Below the pieces are notes generated by a model. It was not told the origin of the DNA and made no database searches. It worked only from the letters and a program-made list of their open reading frames with translations. Shown one piece after another: positions 18,886-28,485 of a stretch of DNA of 64,000 nucleotides; positions within the stretch are counted from its first letter, which is position 1, and each line of letters opens with the position of its first letter. The DNA is taken from contig CAWIVU010000008.1 in the NCBI GenBank assembly GCA_963839755.1, positions 228,263-292,262 of the forward strand, read 5' to 3'. A program made the position numbers and the translations under genes. The stretch comes from an uncultured Actinomycetes bacterium (lineage in GTDB: Bacteria > Actinomycetota > Thermoleophilia > Gaiellales > Gaiellaceae).

Positions 18886-19866
18886 CTAGGGCTTCGGGAT
18901 CGCGACTGCGTTGTACGTCGCCGTCTCGGGATTGGCTATCCCGAAGCGGGCGTTCGGCAAGTAGAGCCTGTTGCCGAAGGCCGCCACCGTGGTAGGCACG
19001 TCGAAGCGCGGGTCCGTCAGTTCGTCGGTGAGGTGGCCCGTCGTGCCCGCGGAATCGAGTTGCACGACGGCGACCTTGTTGTCTCGGTTCTGTACGACGA
19101 ACAGGGTACGGCCCGAGAGGAGCAACCCGTCGCCGTTCGTGAGCAACGTGGTTCCGAGGTCGACCCGCTTCGCGACACCGGTATCCGGATCGACCCGGAA
19201 GAGGAAACCGGTGGGAGACTGGATGGCGAGCAGAGCCTTGCCGTCCGGGGTTCGGGCGATACCGTTGAGGTTGAATCCCGGCTGGTGCCGGTAGTCACCG
19301 CCGAGGGGAACCTGAACGACGTCGTTCTGGTCTGGCAGGCTCCCGAACCGGCTCAAGGGAAGCTTGTACAGGAACGGTTGCTGGGAGTCCGTAAACCACG
19401 CTGCCTCGGGCGTGAGCACGACGTCGTTGACGAACGTCGGTGAATTGCCGAACGAGTAGCTGGCGAGGATCGTGCCAGTGATCGCATTGACGACGCGCGC
19501 GTCGCCACCGCCCCCACCGGCGACGAAGAGCCGGCCGCGGAGGTCGAGCTTCAGGCCGACCGACGGCGTCCCAGGCCCCTGGCTGAACACGGAGCCATCG
19601 CCGGTGATGAGGTTCACGCGGTAGATGTCGCCGTCGGCGCGAGAGCCGAAGAAGGCGAACGGGAAGTGATTGATGGCGATGCCCTCGGGAAGCCACCCGT
19701 CGGGCAGGGCGATCTCCGTGGGGAAGAGATCGAGGGATTTCGTTGCGCCGGCGGCCTGGCTCGAGCTTGCCGACGGCGCAGCCGCGGCCGGCATGGCGAC
19801 GACGATCGCCGTTGCAGCAACCACGGCGACGGCTACCGCGATCGTGGATCGGAGACGTCGGGTCAT
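18886..19866 (-). CDS. Secreted beta-propeller protein, SMP-30/gluconolactonase-like
   Basis: Signal peptide. PEGIA, FVNDV, FNLNGI, NGDGL and VPTT blade motifs. Confidence 0.8.
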   Translation of the reverse strand: MTRRLRSTIAVAVAVVAATAIVVAMPAAAAPSASSSQAAGATKSLDLFPTEIALPDGWLPEGIAINHFPFAFFGSRADGDIYRVNLITGDGSVFSQGPGTPSVGLKLDLRGRLFVAGGGGGDARVVNAITGTILASYSFGNSPTFVNDVVLTPEAAWFTDSQQPFLYKLPLSRFGSLPDQNDVVQVPLGGDYRHQPGFNLNGIARTPDGKALLAIQSPTGFLFRVDPDTGVAKRVDLGTTLLTNGDGLLLSGRTLFVVQNRDNKVAVVQLDSAGTTGHLTDELTDPRFDVPTTVAAFGNRLYLPNARFGIANPETATYNAVAIPKP

Positions 19867-20005
19867 CGTGAATGCGCTCCCTTCTCTCGACTGTCCGATC
19901 GGTGCTTCTGGGTACGCCGCTACCCCTTCGGACTACGGACGAACCGCAAGAACGGATGAGTCGTCGGCGTCGAGAAGTGGAGAAACCCGCAGTAAGCCTG
20001 GGCGG

Positions 20006-20260
20006 CTAGGTCTTCGGGTCTTCGTAGACGTCGCGCGCGATCTGCTCGACGAGCCGTCGCGCAGCCGCTTCCTCGGGCGTCTCGCCCGGGATTTCCTCTG
20101 CCTCGATGTCCTCCGGCTCGCTCTCGGGCGCAACGGCGACACGACGCACCGAGGCAATGAGCAGCCGCCCGGCCTCCTCGGCGTCGATCACGCCCCGCTC
20201 GAAGCGATCGACGATCTCGCGCTCCTCCGGCGAGAGCCGGTCCGTGCGGCCGAGCTTCAT
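20006..20260 (-). CDS. Small hypothetical protein
   Basis: 84-aa acidic helical ORF with a G.IDAEEA.RLL motif and plausible codon usage. Confidence 0.55.
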   Translation of the reverse strand: MKLGRTDRLSPEEREIVDRFERGVIDAEEAGRLLIASVRRVAVAPESEPEDIEAEEIPGETPEEAAARRLVEQIARDVYEDPKT

Positions 20261-20359
20261 GCACCGAGCCTAATCACCGGGGCGGCATCCGCCAACGCGC
20301 ACCCGTCAGTGCGCGACGACAAGAGCGGGTGTCGTTCTGAGACCGACACACGAGGGCCG

Positions 20360-20381
20360 GCGGGAACCATGTGGTTCCCGC
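20360..20381. terminator. Hairpin immediately downstream of tRNA-Tyr
   Basis: GCGGGAACCA-TG-TGGTTCCCGC inverted repeat. Confidence 0.5.
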
Positions 20382-20386
20382 GCCTA

Positions 20387-20468
20387 TGCAGGGGAGAGGA
20401 TTCGAACCTCTGAAGGCTGAGCCAGCGGGTTTACAGCCCGCCCCCTTTGGCCACTCGGGAACCCCTGC
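20387..20468 (-). tRNA. tRNA-Tyr(GTA)
   Basis: GCAGGGGTTCCCGAGTGGCCAAAGGGGGCGGGCTGTAAACCCGCTGGCTCAGCCTTCAGAGGTTCGAATCCTCTCCCCTGCA, with anticodon GTA and a long variable arm. Confidence 0.97.
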
Positions 20469-20511
20469 GGGGACAGCGGATTGTAGCCGGGCGGTCCCTA
20501 GACTCATCGGC

Positions 20512-21630
20512 GTGCAGACGTACGACGCCCTCGTCGTCGGCGCAGGGCCGGCCGGGTCATCGACGGCGATCCACCTGGCGCGCGCCGGGGCGCGCGTGCT
20601 TCTGGTCGACAAGGCGCGCTTCCCGCGCGACAAGCCGTGCGGGGGCGGGTTGACAGGTCGCGCGCTGAAGCAGATCCCGGTCGACCCGTCGCCGGTCGTT
20701 GAGCGCGACGTCGACCGGTTCGAGCTGCGGCTCCGCTACGGGCCACGGTTCGCACGCAGGCACGACGAGCCGCTGATCCGGATGACCCAGCGCCGCCGGC
20801 TCGACCTGTTTCTCGCCGAGCGCGCCGCTCGCGACGGGGCCGAGCTGCGAGACGGTACGGGCGTCGAGGCAATCGAGCCCGAGGGGACGGGCGTCACCGC
20901 GCGCGTGGGAGATGAGAGGGTCAGAGCAGACGTGCTCGTCGGGGCGGATGGTGCGAATGGAGTCGTCGCGCGGTCGGTCGGGCTCGGCGACGCGATCGTC
21001 CGCGGCGTCGCCCTGGAGGGCAATGTGCCGCTCGACGCGCTCGCACTCGACCTCGAGCGGACAGCGGTGATCGAGCTCGCGGCGCTGCCGGGCGGGTACG
21101 GCTGGATCTTCCCGAAGGGCGACCACGCGAACCTCGGGGTCGGCGGGTGGGGGACGGAGGGGCCACGCCTTCGCGGGCACCTGGCGCGCCTCGCGCGTGA
21201 GCATGGGCTCGGGGCGGACGCCCTGACGGACGTCCGAGGCCACCGACTGCCCATGCGGCGACTCGGAACGCCGGCGGCGCGTGGTCGGGTGCTCCTCGTC
21301 GGCGACGCGGCGGGGCTGGTCGACCCGCTTTCCGGGGACGGGATCTACGAGGCGTTCGTCTCCGCGAGGCTCGCATCCGACGCGATCGTGTCGGGCGACC
21401 TGGACGGCTACACAGCGGCGCTGTCGCGTGCCCTCGATCGCCACGCCGCAGCGTCGTGGGCAGCGAAACGGGCCTTCGACCGGCACCCGCGGGCCGTGTT
21501 CGCCGCGGCGCGCGCGCCGGGCGTGTTCAAGGTCGTAGCTGGGCTCCTGTGCGGTGACGTGGCCCACCCGGCGGACGCGCACGGTGTCGCGCGGGGGCCT
21601 CTGAAGCTGATCGCTCGGCTCGCCGGTTAA
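20512..21630 (+). CDS. Geranylgeranyl reductase family NAD(P)/FAD oxidoreductase
   Basis: VVGAGPAGS, FPRDKPCGGG, GYGWIFPK and GDAAGLVDPLSGDGI. TAGACT -10 lies 7 nt before the GTG, suggesting a leaderless start. Confidence 0.9.
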   Translation: MQTYDALVVGAGPAGSSTAIHLARAGARVLLVDKARFPRDKPCGGGLTGRALKQIPVDPSPVVERDVDRFELRLRYGPRFARRHDEPLIRMTQRRRLDLFLAERAARDGAELRDGTGVEAIEPEGTGVTARVGDERVRADVLVGADGANGVVARSVGLGDAIVRGVALEGNVPLDALALDLERTAVIELAALPGGYGWIFPKGDHANLGVGGWGTEGPRLRGHLARLAREHGLGADALTDVRGHRLPMRRLGTPAARGRVLLVGDAAGLVDPLSGDGIYEAFVSARLASDAIVSGDLDGYTAALSRALDRHAAASWAAKRAFDRHPRAVFAAARAPGVFKVVAGLLCGDVAHPADAHGVARGPLKLIARLAG

Positions 21631-21636
21631 CGGCGA

Positions 21637-21660
21637 GGTGCCTGGCTCGAGCCAGGCACC
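21637..21660. terminator. Perfect 24-bp palindrome between convergent genes (bidirectional terminator or REP-like)
   Basis: GGTGCCTGGCTCGAGCCAGGCACC. Confidence 0.55.
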
Positions 21661-21664
21661 GTCA

Positions 21665-22060
21665 CTACTCCTCGGCCAACGCCTCGGCCAGCAAAGCCGT
21701 CGCGTACGCCTGCCAGGCGAGGTCCGGGTCCCCCAGCAGCAACGAGAGCGATTCGCGCGCGCCGCGCAGGCCGGCGACTTCGTCCACGAGCCCAAGCAGG
21801 GCGTTGTGGAGCGCTGCTCGCCGCTCCGGTGCGTCGAGGTCGTCGGCGAGCGCGGTCGCGGCCCTTCCGAAGGGGTCGAGCTCCCGCCTCGGGTCGCCGC
21901 CCGCGGCGAGGAGCAGCTCGGCGCGGCGCACGGCGGCGTTCAGCTCCTCCTCGTCGACGGGCACCTCGCGACCCGCGAAGAAAGAGAGCATCGTCCATTG
22001 CTCGGCCGGCGCCGCGCGCTCGAGCGTCCTGACCCAGTCGCGGATCGTCTGCCGCGCCAT
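21665..22060 (-). CDS. Hypothetical protein
   Basis: 131-aa ORF with good codon usage, 9 nt downstream of the TlpA-like gene. Contains AAVRRAELLLAAGGDPRRELD. Confidence 0.75.
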   Translation of the reverse strand: MARQTIRDWVRTLERAAPAEQWTMLSFFAGREVPVDEEELNAAVRRAELLLAAGGDPRRELDPFGRAATALADDLDAPERRAALHNALLGLVDEVAGLRGARESLSLLLGDPDLAWQAYATALLAEALAEE

Positions 22061-22069
22061 GCGCGCGTT

Positions 22070-22555
22070 CTAGCGCAGTTTCGCGATCAACGCGTTCCAG
22101 CGAGCGGGCGTCCCGGCGGACTGGAACCCGGCGACGAACCGGCCCTTGGCGTCGATCAGGATGAACGCGGGCTGGTAGGTCGCGCCGAAGCGCTTCGCGA
22201 GGGCGCGCTGCGGGTCGCGAATCGACGGCCACCTCCAGCCGTACCGCCGCACGAACGCACGGGCGCCGTCGGGCGTGTCAGCCGCGTTCAGGCCGAAGAA
22301 GTGGAAACGCTTCCCCTGCTTCGAGACCCAACGTGCGTAGGCGACCGCCTCGCTGTTGCAGACGCTTCACCACGACGACCAGACGTTGATCACCACCGGC
22401 TTGCCGCGCAGGTCTGCGAGTGCGAGCCGCTTGCCGTCGAGGGTGACACCCGCGATCGGCGGCGCCTTCCTCGGGGGCGTCGCCGCGCTCGCCCAGGGCG
22501 AGACGACGGCACCGAGCACGAGTGCCGAGACGAGCAGCGCGAGACCCCTTCGCAC
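22070..22555 (-). CDS. TlpA/ResA-like thioredoxin-fold protein, candidate selenoprotein (UxxC)
   Basis: Signal anchor, then LADLRGKPVVINVWSSW-TGA-SVCNSEA continuing in frame through YQPAFILIDAKGR. The TGA at 22367-22369 sits at the first Cys of the WCxxC motif. Confidence 0.85.
22329..22358 (-). promoter_or_regulatory. Candidate bacterial SECIS hairpin
   Basis: CAAC-A-GCG-AGGC-GGTC-GCCT-A-CGC-AC-GTTG starts 8 nt after the TGA. The apical loop GGUC is 20 nt from the UGA. Confidence 0.65.
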
Positions 22556-22674
22556 GCATGCACCGTAACCGCCGACGCCGCGGCGCGTCCTCGCCCGGCA
22601 CACGTGTTCGGATTTCGTTCACATCTCGGCGCTCCCGATCAAGGGAGCGCGCTACGCGTCCGATACGAGAACAG

Positions 22675-23745
22675 ATGTCTCGTTCGGCTCTGCATCGGCT
22701 CTGCGTCGCCGCCGCCCTCGTCCTGGGCGTGCCAGCGACGGGGCTGGCCGCCGGTCCGAGCGAGGACCTGCCGCTGGCTGCGCCGTCGGCCAAGAGCTGG
22801 GCCGCGCCGCAGATCGCGTCGGTCGTGCTCGCGGGCGTGATGGGGCCGGACGTCGCATCCTTCCGGCCCGACGACGCCCTCACCCGCGCCGAGCTCCACG
22901 AGGCGCTCCTCGCCCTCGGCAAGTCGCACGCGACGCCCACCGACCCCAACCGCACCGTGACGATGCGCGAGCTCGACGCCCAGCTCGTCGCCGCAGCGGG
23001 TCTCATCTCCTCGGCCCGCGTCATCCGGCTCGGGACGCGGGACGCGGGCCTCGAGCCGACCGACATGATCGGCACCGAGACGATCGCGCGGCTGCTCGGC
23101 CTGCGTGTGAACCATCCGGTCGGAAGCGAATCGCTCGAGCGAGCGCCGAAAGAGCCCGCCTCGCGGGCGGAGGCCGCGTACTCGCTCGCGAAGCTCAGGC
23201 TCCTCGATCCTGCCCGTGTGACGGCGATCCGCGACCTGGTCTCGACGTTCGCCGTGCCAGAGCTCCAGACCTGGCAGCGGCTCGTGCTCACGCGGGCGCT
23301 CCGCTTCGTGGGCTTCCCGTACGTCTTCGCTGGGATGTCGGAGAAGACGCAGTCTCTGTGGACCGCGACCGGCAACACGATCACCGCGCCGGGCGGCTTC
23401 GACTGCTCGGGTCTGGTGTGGCGTGTCTTCAAGCAGCCCTTCGACGGCGCGACCGCCGTCGGCGACGTCCTCAAGGGCCGTACGACCTACGCCATGAGCG
23501 GTGAGGTCGGCAAGGCGCTTCGCTTCGCGCCGACGGCAGCGCAGCCCGGCGACATCCTGTTCTTCGGCTCGCGGGGCCCTCGCTCGAAGCCGTCCGAGGT
23601 CGGCCACTCCGGCATCTACGTCGGTAACGGCTGGTTCGTCCACTCGTCGAGCGCCGGCGTGACGCTTCAGCCACTCCAGGGCTGGTATGCAACGACGCTC
23701 GCGTGGGCTCGTCGCCCGCTTGCCGAGGCGGGTCTGGCGTCCTAG
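22675..23745 (+). CDS. NlpC/P60 (C40) cell-wall peptidase with signal peptide and SLH-like N-terminal region
   Basis: FRPDDALTRAE (SLH-like), GFPYVFAG, GFDCSGLVW, PGDILFF and HSGIYVGNGWFVHSS. Confidence 0.88.
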   Translation: MSRSALHRLCVAAALVLGVPATGLAAGPSEDLPLAAPSAKSWAAPQIASVVLAGVMGPDVASFRPDDALTRAELHEALLALGKSHATPTDPNRTVTMRELDAQLVAAAGLISSARVIRLGTRDAGLEPTDMIGTETIARLLGLRVNHPVGSESLERAPKEPASRAEAAYSLAKLRLLDPARVTAIRDLVSTFAVPELQTWQRLVLTRALRFVGFPYVFAGMSEKTQSLWTATGNTITAPGGFDCSGLVWRVFKQPFDGATAVGDVLKGRTTYAMSGEVGKALRFAPTAAQPGDILFFGSRGPRSKPSEVGHSGIYVGNGWFVHSSSAGVTLQPLQGWYATTLAWARRPLAEAGLAS

Positions 23746-23788
23746 CGCGACGTGTTCGAGGTCCCTGCGAGCGGGGTAGGCTCGGACC

Positions 23789-24658
23789 GTGCGCTGGAAG
23801 CGGGTTCAGGGACGGGGCGACATGGAGGACCGCCGCGGTCAGGGCGGCGGGCTCGGTGGAGGCGGCTTCCCGATCCCGATGGGGAAGGGGGCCGGCGGCC
23901 TCGGGGTGATCATCGCGATCGTCGCCTTCCTGCTGTTCGGCGGCAACGTGATCGGCGGCGGCGGTGCGGACAGCGGCTTCTCGCCCGGCGACCTCGCTCC
24001 GGCCGAGCCGGCGCAGCAGGGGGATGCGCCCCAGGGTGAGGACACGGTCTTCGAGTTCACGAAGTTCGTGAGCAAGGACACGCAGGATCTCTGGGCAGGC
24101 ATCTTCACCAAGGCGAACCGCCAGTACCCGCGTGCCCCGGTCGTCACGTTCACGGGCGGAACCCAGAGCGGCTGCGGGCCGGCGTCGGCCGCGACAGGCC
24201 CGTTCTACTGCCCGGCGGACAACAAGGTCTACCTCGATCTCGCGTTCTTCCGGGAGCTCGACCAGCGCTTCGGCGCGCCGGGCGATTTCGCCCAGGCCTA
24301 CGTGATCTCGCACGAGATCGGCCATCACATCCAGACGGTGCTCGGGATCGAGGGCCAGGTTCGCCGCGACCAGCAGAATGACCCGAGCAACGCGAACCTT
24401 TACCTCGTGCGGTTGGAGCTCCAGGCCGACTGCTTCGCGGGCGTCTGGGCCCACTCGGCCTATCAGCGAGGCGCGCTCGAGGAGGGCGACATCGAGGAAG
24501 GGCTCGGCGCCGCCGCTGCGGTCGGCGACGACCGCCTTGGCGCGCGCAGCCGCGAGCAGTGGACGCACGGCTCGTCGGCGCTCCGCGCGGAGTGGTTCCG
24601 CAAGGGCTTCGAGTCCGGCAACCCGAGCGACTGCGACACCGGCGGGGTCGACATCTAG
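23789..24658 (+). CDS. Neutral zinc metallopeptidase (YpfJ-like)
   Basis: GPFYCPAD, AYVISHEIGHHIQ, ELQADCFAG and THGSS. Confidence 0.9.
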   Translation: MRWKRVQGRGDMEDRRGQGGGLGGGGFPIPMGKGAGGLGVIIAIVAFLLFGGNVIGGGGADSGFSPGDLAPAEPAQQGDAPQGEDTVFEFTKFVSKDTQDLWAGIFTKANRQYPRAPVVTFTGGTQSGCGPASAATGPFYCPADNKVYLDLAFFRELDQRFGAPGDFAQAYVISHEIGHHIQTVLGIEGQVRRDQQNDPSNANLYLVRLELQADCFAGVWAHSAYQRGALEEGDIEEGLGAAAAVGDDRLGARSREQWTHGSSALRAEWFRKGFESGNPSDCDTGGVDI

Positions 24659-24865
24659 CGCGTCTGGACAGCGGCCGAGGCCCTGGCCCGTGGTGAGCGG
24701 TGTCAGGCATGGGTCGCTGTCAAGTGGCCGTTCGGGACAGGGCTCGGCGTGCCCGCCCGCGGCCGACCTCTGGCTGTCCCTCCGGTCGGCAACTCACCGC
24801 CGCGGCCCGCCGAAACCCGCACCGCGATACCCTCCAGGGACACGGATTTCGAGGAGGACGGAGCG

Positions 24866-26399
24866 ATGACGGAGCTTGCCGAGGCCCCCGCAGTCGAGCG
24901 CGACGGGGAAATCACGCGGATCCCCCACTGGATCGGCGGCGCCCGGGTCGAGGGGACGTCGGGTCGCAGCGGCCCGGTCTACAACCCGGCGGCCGGCGTG
25001 CAGAGCGGGGCGGTCGACCTCGCGTCGGTCGAGGAGGTCGACGCCGCGGTCAGGAGCGCGACGCAAGGCCTTCGAGACATGGCGCTCGACCTCGCTCGCC
25101 AAGCGGGCCGAGCTGTTCTTCCGGATCCGCGAGATCTTCCACACGAACCGCGAGGAGATCGCAAAGATCCTCACGCGCGAGCACGGCAAGGTGCTCTCCG
25201 ACGCCCTCGGCGAGGTGGCCCGCGGGCTCGAGGTGATCGAGTTCGCGTGCGGGATCCCGACGTTGCAGAAGGGCGAGTTCTCCGAGCAGGCCTCGACCGG
25301 GATCGACGTCTACTCGATTCGACAGCCGGTCGGTGTCGTGGCGGGCATCACGCCGTTCAACTTTCCCGCCATGGTGCCCATGTGGATGTGGGCACCCGCC
25401 CTCGCGTGCGGCAACTGCTTCATCCTCAAGCCCTCCGAGAAGGACCCGTCCGCCTCGCTCCTCACCGCCGAGCTGCTCAAGGAAGCGGGTTTGCCCGACG
25501 GCGTCTTCAACGTCGTCCACGGCGACAAGGTTGCGGTGGACGCGATCCTCGAGCACCCCGGGATCAGCGCGGTTTCCTTCGTGGGGTCGACTCCGATCGC
25601 TCGCTACATCTACGAGACCGGCACGAAGCACGGCAAGCGCGTACAGGCGCTCGGCGGCGCCAAGAACCACATGATCGTGCTTCCCGATGCGGACATCGAG
25701 ATGGCGGCCGACGCGGCCGTCTCCGCGGGGTACGGCTCCGCGGGCGAGCGCTGCATGGCCGTCTCGGTGCTCGTCGCCGTGGGCGACGTCGCAGACCCGC
25801 TCGTCGCCGCGATCAAGCAGCGGCTACCGAACGTGAAGGTCGGCGACGGGATGGCGCCCGAGAACGAGATGGGCCCGCTGATCACCAGCGCGCACCGCGA
25901 CAAGGTCGCGTCGTACCTCGATTCCGGCGTCGAGCAGGGAGCGACGGTCGTCGCCGACGGACGCGAGACCGCCCCCGAGGGCGACGGCTTCTTCCTCGGT
26001 GTGTCGCTACTCGACAACGTGACGACCGAGATGGACGCCTATCGCGACGAGATCTTCGGCCCGGTGCTGTCCGTCGTTCGGGCGAAGACGTACGACGAAG
26101 CCGTCGGCCTCGTCAACGACAACCCGTACGGCAACGGCGTCGCGCTCTTCACGCGGGACGGCGGAGCCGCCCGGCAGTTCCAGTTCGACGTCAGCGCAGG
26201 AATGGTCGGGATCAACGTGCCGATCCCCGTGCCGGTCGCGTACTACTCGTTCGGCGGCTGGAAGGCGTCGCTCTTCGGCGATTCGCACGCGTACGGGCCC
26301 GAGTCGATCCACTTCTACACCCGTGGGAAGGTCGTGACATCGCGCTGGCCGGATCCGTCGACGAGCAAGGTCGATCTCGGGTTCCCGCAGACGCGCTGA
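24866..26399 (+). CDS. mmsA: CoA-acylating methylmalonate-semialdehyde dehydrogenase, apparent frameshift near 25062
   Basis: ITPFNFPAMVP, KPSEKDP, ALGGAKNH, AGERCMA, EIFGPV and GINVPIPVP. The N-terminus (MTELAE...IPHWIGG) is in another frame, behind a GAGGAGG RBS. Confidence 0.9.
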
Positions 26400-26512
26400 A
26401 TTCCCAGAGCAAAGAGCAACCGTTTTTCCGATCACCGTTGACCGGTGGTCGGTGCCAGTGCACAATCCTTCGGAGTCGGTCGGGGCGGGACTGCGGCGCC
26501 GCCCCGGCCGTC

Positions 26513-27908
26513 TTGCCATTCGGGTCTGAAGTGACGCTCCTCGTCGAGGGGTTCGACGGGGACGCGATCGCCCTTGCTGGGCTGCTCGCAGCGGAAGGCC
26601 ATCCGACGACGCTGGCCGCGCCGGGCGCCGCACCGCCGGACGCTCTCGCGCTGCGCTCGTCGGGCGTGGAGGTGCGCGAGCATGTCGACCTCGACGTCGA
26701 CCTCGACGCCGGCGAGCACGACGAGGCATTCCTCGACGTCTGGACGCCCGAGGTCGCGCCTCGGGTCGCGCGACTCCGCGCGTCGGGTTGCCGCGTCCGG
26801 TGCCTCGCCGACCTCGTCCTGGAACGAACGAGCGTCCCGACGATCGGCATCACCGGCACGGCCGGCAAGACGACGACAGCCGCGTTCCTCGTGGAGCTTC
26901 TGCGCAAGACCGGCCGTCGGGTCGCCGCGTCTACGACCGCCCGCGCCGGGAACCTCTGGCCGACCGCCGAGCTCCTGGACGTGCCAGACGCAGACGTCGT
27001 CGTGCTGGAGCTGACGAGCTCGCACCTCTGCTTCACGACACACAGCCCGACGGTCGCCGTCGTCACGTCATTCTGGCCCGACCACCTCGAGCTCCACGGG
27101 TCGCTCGAGCGCTATCGCGCCGCAAAGGAGGCGATCGTCCGCGGTCAGTCGGCGACGGACGCGGCCGTGGTGAACGCTGACGACGAGGACGCCGTCGCGA
27201 TCGGCTCGCTCTCACCCGGTCGACGGCTCGAGTTCTCTCAGTCGCGCGAGGTCGAGGAGGGCGCCTTCCTCCGCGGCACGGCGCTCGTGCTCCGGACGCC
27301 GGACGGGGAGCGCGAGCTCCCGTTACCACCCGGGCTCGACCACCCGCGCCGTCGGGGCGCTGCTCGGCGCGCTCGCGGCTTCGGTCGCCGTCCGCTCGTC
27401 GCCCGAGGCGATCGGGCAGCTCCCGCAGCCGCCGTTCCGCATGGCCATGGTCGGCCGGCTCGGCGATACCGAGCTCGTCGACGACGGGATGTCGGCGACG
27501 CCGACGAAGACCGTCGCCGCGCTTCGCCCGCGCAGGGCCGGATCGGTCGTGCTCGTCGCAGGGGGTGAGCTCGAGAGCGCCGGCCTGCCGGTCCACGCGT
27601 CGCCGCCGGAGCAACGACTGCTCGAGGACGCGTGCGCGGAGGCTCGTCGTACCGCTCGCCTCGTCGTGGTCTTCGGCCCCGCGGCGGAGCGGCTCGCGCC
27701 GCTGCTCGGCCCCGACCGGACACTCGTGGCGACGGATCTGCAGGACGCGATCGCCCGGGCGGGCGCACACGTCGGCGGCGCCGAGGCCCTCCTCGTCTCG
27801 CCGATGTTCCCGTTGCCGCTCGCGGCGCGCGCGTCGATCGCGGGCCTCCTCCGGGCACTCGCGGAAAGACCGGGAATAGGCAGGACACGATCGTCGTTAC
27901 TTGCTTAG
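26513..27908 (+). CDS. Mur ligase family protein (MurD-like), apparent frameshift near 27355
   Basis: GITGTAGKTTT P-loop, VLELTSSHL, PDHLELHGSLERYRAAK, VVNADD, then LVDDGMSATP and LLVSPM. Both ends are uncertain. Confidence 0.75.
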
Positions 27909-27928
27909 ACAAATATTGTTTGAGCAAG
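27900..27928 (+). promoter_or_regulatory. AT-rich inverted repeat, probable MarR-type operator
   Basis: CTTGCTTAGACAA-ATA-TTGTTTGAGCAAG directly upstream of the yceI RBS. Confidence 0.55.
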
Positions 27929-27945
27929 AATAGGAGGACGATCTG

Positions 27946-28482
27946 ATGAGCACAACGATCGAGACCCCAGTCGTGACGGGGACCTGGGCGTCGGACCCGA
28001 CGCATTCGACGGTCGGTTTCACGGTTCTCTACATGGGTGTCGCTCCGTTCCAGGGCGCGTTCCGCGAGTTCCAGGCGTCGTTCGACGAGCAGGGCATCCG
28101 GGGAGTCGCAAGGGTTGCGAGCATCGACGTCGACAACGACGACCTGGCGGCGCACCTCGCGTCGCCCGACTTCTTCGACGCGGCGAACCACCCCGAGTTG
28201 TCGTTCGAGGCCGGATCTCTGGAACGCGACGGCGACAGCGTGACGGTCGACGGAATCCTCGAGATCAAGGGGAACCGGGCGCCGATCACGTTGACCGGCA
28301 CGATGACCGAGCCCGTCTCCGATCCGTGGGGTGGCCGGAAGCTCGGTCTCTCGCTGGCCGGGCGGGTCGACAAGAACGCCGTCGGCCTCACCTGGAACGC
28401 CCCGCTTCCCGAAGGCGGCTCGATGCTCGCGAACGAGGTCGAGCTGACCGCGTCCCTCGTGTTCGTCCCGGCCGAGGCGTAG
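27946..28482 (+). CDS. YceI family protein
   Basis: W..DPTHSTVGF, HLASPDFFDAANHP and DPWG..KLG motifs. Confidence 0.92.
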   Translation: MSTTIETPVVTGTWASDPTHSTVGFTVLYMGVAPFQGAFREFQASFDEQGIRGVARVASIDVDNDDLAAHLASPDFFDAANHPELSFEAGSLERDGDSVTVDGILEIKGNRAPITLTGTMTEPVSDPWGGRKLGLSLAGRVDKNAVGLTWNAPLPEGGSMLANEVELTASLVFVPAEA

Positions 28483-28485
28483 TCG

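Noticed and set aside
18886-19866. Superoxide dismutase label often given to similar proteins
   Set aside because: No Cu/Zn or Fe/Mn SOD ligand motifs are visible, only beta-propeller repeats.
24749-27568. 939-aa ORF that looks like a fusion
   Set aside because: It joins the mmsA N-terminus, an off-frame read of mmsA and the MurD-like N-terminus. It is an artefact of a frameshift and stop-poor DNA.
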